Assembly (NCBI RefSeq): GCF_026210795.1
Contig: NC_089431.1
Span: forward strand, 2,728,001-2,792,000
Reading direction: 5' to 3'
Source: Rhizophagus irregularis
Taxonomy: Eukaryota
Length of the DNA stretch: 64,000 nt
The notes below the pieces were generated by a model. That model worked only from the letters and a program-made list of their open reading frames with translations, was not told the DNA's origin and made no database searches. The translations under genes were made by a program, and so were the position numbers. Positions 55,457 to 64,000 of the stretch are shown in pieces. How positions within the stretch are numbered: position 1 is the first letter of the stretch; each line of letters starts with the position of its first letter.

Positions 55457-57149
55457 AATTAAAAATGAATTGAGGTTTCTATAGATAAGCTCAATTCCTA
55501 CAATATATATATATTTATTTATGCCGATTATTTTCCTTATGGATATGATGCTTCATTATCATTGAATTACTTCTAAATTAGGCTTTTCGTTATCATGAAA
55601 CATTACAAAATTTTCTTATTTTAATATTTATTTTAATGACATGAAACATTAAAAACATATGTTTACTTACACTATGGCGTTATTGCATTATTATTTCTAC
55701 CATTTTTACATTTATAGAATTTTAACTTTTTAAAATGGATAAAGATTCAATTAATTAAAAATTTTAAAGCAATTTTTCTATTGGATATTATCATCATGTC
55801 ATAGTTGTCACACCGACTGATAAGATTTTTTTGAAAGTTAACTCACACAACCTACGTTACAAAAAATCCAAATTGCTTAAAAAAGAATTGTGAAAGATAA
55901 ATAATCTCATGTTAATATTGTCTGAATGGTTTCCCAAAGAATTTTAATTATTCAGAATTTCTTTTTTCAAGATCTCGTGCGCCTGAAAATTATTTGAATA
56001 TACATATATGAAATTATTGAGAAATTTGTTTTTATGATTTTACTGTTACTAGTTTGCTAATTTTACTTCGTGTTATTGAATTTCAAATTTATTACATTAC
56101 ATTAAGAAAATTTCATATTAAATAAATATTAAATATATTCTTTTAAGAAAAATTAACAAATGCAGTCTCTTAATCGGATATCTCTTTCTGAAGTAAAAGA
56201 AAATGATTATATAATTGCAATTATTTATACTTAGTTGAAAATTATAAAGAATATAGGAATTTTACCCAGAAAAAAACTTTTTCATAATTTTTACTTTGCG
56301 TTATTTAATATCATATTTTAGTCATTTATTTTTGTTCAATAAATCTCATTAAAATGTAAGCTTTTAGCAGTAGCGTTTTTGGTTCAGATTGAAATGAGAG
56401 ATTTGTTAGTAAATCAATAAATTGCTTAAACTTCTACAACACTAATTGCTTAGGATAGGTCTAGTCTCAAGAGGTTAAGCGTGTCATATTGTCAATAAAA
56501 AAAGCAATTGTATTTTATATCATAGCACTTGGTTAACAACGGACAACGGGTAAGAACAAAACCAATTTAGGTAATTCTTGTAAGAATTTAGATCAATTCT
56601 CAAATTGTATTTAAAAATTAATAACGATAATTCTTTTGCATAATAGAAACCAGAGAAATTATTTTATATTGAGCTTGATTCATTCAAATAATAGTATACA
56701 TACTAAGTACTCAGGAAGGAGATTTTTAAGATTTATTATTTTCAAAAAAAAAAGAAAATCTTTAACTATAATGCGATATTCTTATTGTATAAACCAACAT
56801 TAAATTAATTGCAATGCAAAAATTAGGTTCGTGAAAAAAAAAATTTCTGAATTCCGATGATTATTATTTTATTGGCTAATTTAAGTGTAATATAATTAAC
56901 ATACTAAGTTTTAAATGTAAATAATTATTTATAAATATATATTAGATATGTAAATATTTTCACAAATCCAATTTTTTAATTGTCATTCATCTAATAACCC
57001 TTCGCCATTAAAAATAAGCTTTTTTTCATTAGCATTTTTTGGCTCAGGTAAGCTAAAGTCGAAACCTAAAAATAGTTGTTCCATCATAGTAAGCTTCCGT
57101 AACATTAATCGATTCTACAATTATTTTGACATTATCCTTAGATAATTGA

Positions 57150-58280
57150 TTAGGTCTGGTTCCGAGAGGTTGATCGTATACTACTTCAAACTGGTGCTTT
57201 TTAAGCGGAGCTGTAGTAAATGCGTGAAGCTCTTCAAGTAAGCTTAGAGTGGTAGGTCGTTTTTCTGGATCAGTATCTAAACATTTTGCATCAATTCATG
57301 ATAACATTTTGGAGTTCCAATTACATTATCATTTGGACGTACACCATTAATTATATCAAGAATCAACTCATCTTCATTATCAATTTCATAATCGGAATAT
57401 GGTTTGTTACTGCTGCATTTATTTGAGAGTCTTGAATAAGCTTGTCAAGATCCAATACAAAGTTTTTTTCGTTATTTAATTTTTGCGGATCAACAAATGG
57501 TAAAACTCCAAAGAATCATTATCAGTTGATGATATTGTTGCGCTATCTAAATTTTTGGATAATCCAAATTCGATATTTTAACGTTATCATGATCGTTAAT
57601 AAGGATATTTTTCGTATGCTAAAATATATATAGAAAATATATATTACATTAATTCAAATGTCTTTTAAACATCCCTTTCTTCGTACATTTAAGAATTATT
57701 ACCAGATCACGGCGTACGATGTTCTTTTCATTGTGAAGATAACGAAGTCCTTCTGCGATTTGAATTGCGAGGCGTTTTCTTTTTTCTCACTTAAATTCAC
57801 CTTCTTTAGATTGTTTTGTGATGAAGTCACGTAAATTTGTTTTGCATATTCCAGTACGAGATAATACCCTTTATGTTCGTCTTTATATTTTTACAGTACA
57901 TATTTTATAATTTGTAAATATTCAAATTAAAAGTTACAAATTTATAATGACTATCTCGGTTTATTCCATGCATGGAATTAAATCATTCTTTCGTGTTTTA
58001 TTTGACTACGAAGTTTTAACCAGTAAAATTTATAAATTTAAGTAATATAAAGTAAATTTGGATATTATTTAATTTTAAATACCCCTTTAATAAATCGGTC
58101 TTCAATATCTATAGTTATTTCTTAATTGCTAAGGTTCCCTATGGAATTACATTTTTCTTATAAATTTTACTAAAACCGCCAAATCCTATTTTTTCTATCT
58201 TCTTCATTTAGTTCTTTATAAAGTATTTCAGTCTTTAATTCTACAATCTCTAATAGCAGTTTTAAATCTTCATTAATAGT
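57150..58280 (-). pseudogene. Internally deleted tandem kinase paralog (B-like)
   Basis: Colinear fragments matching B1 at ~53030-53275, ~53930-53985 and ~54567-55450, with indels and stops. Confidence 0.85.
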
Positions 58281-58384
58281 AAAGTTTCTATAGATAAGCT
58301 CAATTTTTACAATATATATGAAATTTATGCCAATTATTTTCCTTATGGATATGATGCTTCATTATTATCATGACTTTGAACTAA

Positions 58385-59205
58385 ACTGTTCCCTCAATCA
58401 ATTAGATGAGTTGACCCTAGTTTAAAAATAATAATCTGTGATTTATTGTTCGAGCAATCATCTTGCTAATTTAGATTTAGTTGAGGCGACTTGACTGCTT
58501 CTGGAATAAATTAGAAAGGCTATATCTAAGCAAAAATATAAACCTAAAAGATTTAACTTGTCACCTCACTGAACTGATTTGTTCGTCTAATCAAACAAAT
58601 GAACTTATTTTTCCAGCCAACAGCAAAATTGAAAATATAATTACTTGTAATGGTAACTTTAAACTGGAGAAGACTTGACCCAACAAATTAAGAATTTTGT
58701 TAATAGCCGATAACAATTTTTCTTACCAAGACTTGGAATTTTAGAGATTTACTATATTTGGGCACGAGCAATAAACGAGATATTTATAATCGTTTTCAAG
58801 GAAGTTAGATATCCATGAAACAGACATTGATAGTAATCTAGAATATTTAGCAAGCAACTAAGAATCTATTATTGTTATTCGTTCTGAACCATCAATTGTT
58901 TTTGAGCCTAAGACCTTATTGCAAACAAAGTTTTTCAATGAAAGTTACTGAACCTGATTTTACTGATTATTATGATTTAAGGAATAGAGAAAGGAATTAA
59001 AAAAAAAATCAAAGAGGAAATTGCGAGTTAAAGGAAGCCAAAGAGCAGATTTCACAATTGCAAAAAGAGCTAGCAGAAGAAAAAATAGAAGACTTGAATT
59101 AGAACGACAACTAAATAATTTGCAAATTAGTGATCAAACCAACTAAATAATTTGTAAATTAGTGAACAGCAAATTACCCAAGTTGTTCTCAACCTTGGAA
59201 TAAGT
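58385..59205 (+). pseudogene. Second, more decayed LRR copy, 5' truncated
   Basis: Colinear with 48270-49237 (e.g. tttataatcgttttcaaggaagt, aaagagcagatttcacaattgcaaaaagagctag) with many short deletions. Confidence 0.88.
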
Positions 59206-59487
59206 AACCATGCCCTACTCCGGTCGAAAAAACTAAATTCGAATTTTATTTGCCAAAAAATATTAGTTTATCAACAAGACAATAATTTATGAAATAATGG
59301 CTCGAGAGATAAGTAATAAGATTATGCTGTATATTAAATTTATTTTAAATTTTGATAAAAAATTACACGTAAAGATTACAAATATAAATATAATTGATTT
59401 TTAAAACCGTTAATTGTAAGTTTTAAGTGAGTAGTTACTAAAGAAATTATAGTACATCTGAAAGAAAAGTTGTTGATTACTAAAATA

Positions 59488-61888
59488 TTAAGATGGTGTA
59501 TTTATTTGTAGTGGTGGACTTATTTGTAGTAGTGGACTTATTTGTAGTGGTGGATTTATTTGTAGTCCTCTACTATCAGCATCTTCAAACTGACGCTTTC
59601 TAAGTGGAGATGCTGTAAATATATGAAGTTCTTCAAGTAAATCCAAAGTGTCGGGTCGTTTTTCTGGTTCATCATCTAAACACTTTTGCATCAGTTCATG
59701 ATAGCATTGTGGAGTATAGCCCCCTGATATTAATTCCCGCATTATAACACCGAGACTATAAATATCTGATTTGATAGAAATTATTTCTCCTCTCAAAATC
59801 TCAGGAGCAGTAGCAGCAGCATAAACAGTAAGTTTAGTAAGTACATCATAAAATTCTCGTTTCGCTTTATAGTTACTATAGATACATAAATCCAAATCAG
59901 AAATATATATTTCTAGCTTATGATTCAAATCATCTTCTTGAAGTAATATACTTCTTGAGTTTAAATTACCATGTACATAGTTTGTCTTATGAATGTTATG
60001 AAGAAGTTCTACAATTTTTTTTTAATATTGACAATCTTTCAAACCAACTCAATGGAAATTTATTTTTAATATATTGTTATATTGTTGTAAAGTTCCACCG
60101 CTTGCGTATTTTAATACTATATAATAAGATTTAGTTGTTGGATCTTGAGTAAATCCATAACAACATATGATAATATTTTTTAATTCTAAATATAATTTTA
60201 GTATATTAATAGTTAGATATTTAAGTCTTCGTAAAATTATTTTAACTGGTCCTGTTCTCGCCCATTGCTGAGATTTGTTGTCCCATAATTCTTTACTTCC
60301 ATCTAACCAAATTGCGGTATAAAATTCATAATATAAACTTTGCATATTTTCTATATTATTAAATCGATTAAAATTAATCCATTCAAAATACGTATCATTT
60401 GTTGTCGCACTAAGTTGGGAATATTGAATAAGTTCATCGAGACTTTCGTTTTCACTCGTCCAATTAGGAAAATCTTCTTGGAATTTTTGAGCTTCACAAT
60501 CATAACACCAATTTTGATCTGTAAATTTTGAATCACATCTTTTGCAGATTACGTTATTTGTTGATAAGGTTAGATCATCAGGTATGGTTAGAGAAGATAT
60601 ATTATTAGAATACTCTAAAAAAATTAATTTAAATGACTTTAATAAAAAAATACTATTACTACTTTTAATAGAATAAAGTTACAATAATACCAGAAGTGGA
60701 ATTCCTTGATGTATCAGGATATTGGAATAGATTAATCACGATCGTTGAAACTTTATCATCATCTTCAAAAACTGGGTTAAGTGACATGGAACTCAATCGC
60801 GAAAGAACTTCTTCAATTAAAGGTCTAGAATTTGGTTTTGTTTCCCAACAACTTGTATAAATATGCTTGTATTCCATTGGAGTCCCTTTGACAGATTTTT
60901 CTTTTAAACCTTGACAAATCTTAAGAGACAAGCACGCTAAATCTTCTCCATAAAAAGGTGTTTGACAACTTGAAATTTCCCATAATACCATTCCTAAACT
61001 ATAAATATCAGATTTTTTATCCAATACATATTTTTTTCCATGATTTAATTTTTGCGGATCAATAAATGGTATCATTCCAAAGAATTTATTATTAGATGAC
61101 ATTGTGCTGTTTAAATTCTTAGACAATCCAAAATCTGATATTTTAATATTTCCATCGTTCATAAGTATATTTTTGGTATGCTAATTATAAGTGTTACAGA
61201 ATTAAATAAAGAACATCGAATATTTAATGATTAATTACCAAACAAAACAAAAAAATATTACCAGATCACGGTGTGCAACATTTAATATTTCATGAAGGTG
61301 TCGAAGCCCTTCCACAATTTGAATCGCAAGTCGCACTCTTTCCTCCCATCCAAAGCAATTATCACACCTCTTTTTCTTGATCAAAAATTCACGTAAATTT
61401 CCTTGGTTTGCATATTCCAGTACGAGATAATACAATCCTTCATCAATATCTTTATAAAATATTTTATAACATATTAGAAAATTAAATTTATATAATTATA
61501 AGTTTAATTAAATAATAACTGACTTCGGCTTATTCCATAAAATTGAATTATTCTTTCATGTTCAATACGACTATGAATTTTTAACTATAATTGCATTTTA
61601 ATAATAATGATAATAATAAATGTAACATTATAAACTGAAATGGATTTTTAAACTTAATACCTCATTAATAAAATTTTTAATACAAATTTCATCGTCTTCA
61701 ATACTTATTGTTATTTCTTTAATTGCTACAGTTCCTATGGAATCGCATTCTGTTTTATAAATAAGACCAAATCCACCACGTCCTATTCGGGTTGGTTTTC
61801 CGCTAAATTTTTTATAGGGTATTTCATTGATTTTAAACTTTTTAATAGCGGTCTGATACCAGTCTTCGCTTGAATTGCTTGAATTCAT
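59488..61888 (-). pseudogene. Tandem kinase paralog A2: first kinase intact, pseudokinase frameshifted
   Basis: Close copy of A1. An 8-bp duplication at ~60071-60086 shifts the frame to a stop at 60049. Confidence 0.8.
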
Positions 61889-61965
61889 ATTCTAGAGAAC
61901 GAAATGCTTTTTTTGTTGGTATATTGCCCGTTTTATTTATGTGCAGATTCTAATCATAAAATTAC

Positions 61966-62254
61966 ATCCCACGTGACCGGTGACATTTAAGGGGATGTGT
62001 TTTGGGAGCAAAAACCACATTCAAAATTAATGTCCTCCCCCCCTATTTTGAAAATTTTAAAATAATTTAATCACATATGTTCACGTATGTTTAAAGCACC
62101 CCTCTCTCTTTTCTGAAATTGGGTGTACCGAATATTTCCGACTTTGCCAAAAACTTCAAAAACTTCCGAAAAAATTATATCACAATTTTTTCAGCCAACG
62201 ATGAAAACGCAGTGGGTGTGATGCCGGTGATGAATATTTTAGGTCACGTGAGGT
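61966..62254. mobile_element. Small TIR insertion upstream of A2
   Basis: atcccacgtgacc / ggtcacgtgaggt ends. Not seen at the equivalent position upstream of A1; TSD unclear. Confidence 0.5.
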
Positions 62255-62494
62255 AAAAAATTTAAATTTCAGCATATCTATAGATCAAACAATGTGATTA
62301 ATCAAAATGCAGTAGTAAAATTTGAAATTACTGGGAATTTCTTTATCATAAAGTGGTTTAGTACTTTAGTTGTATACTACATTAACTTATGAATCAACCA
62401 ATGATTTATTATCCGTTATTGTATCTACCGTATATCGCGGGCCACGATAGTATTCCGAAATTCCAATTATACAATTTGGCGTACTCCGTTAATT

Positions 62495-62740
62495 ATATCA
62501 CGAAATCAACTTATCCTCTTCATCAATTTCATAATCAGAATATGGTTCATCTCCTGATGCCAAGTCCCACATCGAATTTCAACATCTATAGTTATTTTCT
62601 TAATTGCTACGGTTCCTATTTTGTCTTATAAATTTTATCAAACGCGCCAAATCCTGTTTTTTTTTCTCCTCACTCAGTTCTTTATAAAGTATTTCTTTAC
62701 TAATTCCATATCAGTTTGATACCAGTTTCATTAATTATAA
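62495..62740 (-). pseudogene. Collapsed remnant of a third B-type kinase copy
   Basis: A fragment matching 53222-53300 is joined directly to a fragment matching ~55275-55460. Confidence 0.8.
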
Positions 62741-64000
62741 TTGAAGAATAAATTAAAGTTTCTTTACAGATTTGATGCTTCATTTATCATTGAATTATTT
62801 CTAAATTAGGCCTTCATTATCGTGAAACATTACAAATTTTTTTCTTATTTTAATATTCTTTTGAATGAGTTTACTTACACTATGGCGTTATTGCATTAAT
62901 ATTCCTACCATTTCTACATTTATAGAATTTTAACTTTTTAAAATGGATGAAGATTCAATTAATTAAAATTTTTAAAGCAATTTTTCTATTGGATATTATC
63001 AGTTATCCCCTGATCGGCACCATTTACACGATTATGCAAATGTAGTTATACCTACTGGATAGCAAATTTTATATGTATTTATTTATCCGTTTCTAGGAAA
63101 TTTTGCGGTAAAAATTAACTATTGATTATACTATAATGGACTGATTTGAAAATTTGAGTAATTTGGAAAGATTTGCATTTTCCAAATGAGAAAAACTTTC
63201 TTTTAATTTATTTGTAATCTCAATATTATTTTTCAAGTGTATTAGTAATAGTTCCGAAGCTTTTTAAAATTCAATTATTTTTTAAAATCTTTTAAAATGA
63301 AAAAAAAAACCAAGCGAAAGAAAAATAAGATACAACAATAAAATAAACTATATTAAACTCACGATATACTATAAAACACTTACTATTGTGTAAATGGCAG
63401 GGGATAAATCAATTATCTCCTGGCTAATTGGAATAGTAAAATTTTACTTAGAATCGGAACATGATCAGCCTTCGGCCGATCATTTATCCAATCCTAGTAA
63501 AATTTTACTTATTCCTAATTAGCCAGGAGATAAGTAATACTTGTCACACCGTCCGACTGATAAGATTTTTTTGAAGGTAACTCACACAATCTACGTTACA
63601 AAAAAAATACAAATTGCTTAAAAAGAATTGTGAAAGATAAATAATCTCATTTTAATATTGTCTGAATGGTTTCCCAAAGAATTTTAGTTATTCAGAATTT
63701 CTTTTTCAAAATCTCGTGCGCCTGAAATTATTTGAATATACATTTATAAATTATTGAGAAATTTGTTTTTATGATTTAACTGTTACTAGTTTGCTAATTT
63801 TACTTCGTGTTATTAGAATTTCAAATTTATTACATTACATTAAGAAAAATTCATACTAAATAAATATTAAAATATTCTTTTAAGAAAATTAACAAGTACA
63901 GTCTCTTTTCTAAAGTAAAAGAAAATGATTATATAATTGTAATTATTTATACTTGGTTGAAAATTAAAGAATATTTCATAATTTTTACTTTGCGTTATTT
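62740..64000. repeat. Duplicate of the B1 upstream region (~55460-56310), with an insertion
   Basis: Shared tracts such as tttacttacactatggcgttattgcatt and tgtctgaatggtttcccaaagaattt. Confidence 0.9.
63003..63533 (-). mobile_element. Twin-hairpin non-coding insertion (Crypton-like non-autonomous candidate)
   Basis: 63003-63407 is bounded by ttatcccctg..ccatttacac / gtgtaaatggcaggggataa; 5-bp spacer; hairpin 63413-63533 ttatctcctggctaatt..gcc-ttc-ggc..aattagccaggagataa. Absent from the paralogous site at ~55790. Confidence 0.7.

Overview
Very AT-rich eukaryotic DNA with short GT-AG introns. The gene content (tyrosine-kinase-like kinases, a Crinkler N-terminal domain, a 7TM-RGS protein, a bacterial-style LRR gene) points to an arbuscular mycorrhizal fungus (Glomeromycota, Rhizophagus-like); this is inference. 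The left half (1-30 kb) is mostly decayed DNA transposons, including a three-level nest ending in a hAT element with a broken transposase, plus two S/T/P-rich single-pass membrane genes. The right half carries a kinase, a 7TM-RGS GPCR-like gene, a Crinkler-GTPase fusion, a secreted GDSL/phospholipase B, a third single-pass gene, and a duplicated 48-64 kb block of tandem kinase-pseudokinase genes with an LRR pseudogene. The most unusual signals are: (1) one 37-bp palindrome repeated at 147-bp spacing inside three elements with unrelated termini; (2) two twin-hairpin elements sharing TTAT..ATAA ends, a 5-bp junction and a cGAAg loop; (3) an intronless LRR gene retaining a Shine-Dalgarno-like motif; (4) the kinase-pseudokinase array. 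All coordinates and alignments were read by eye; no database searches were run.
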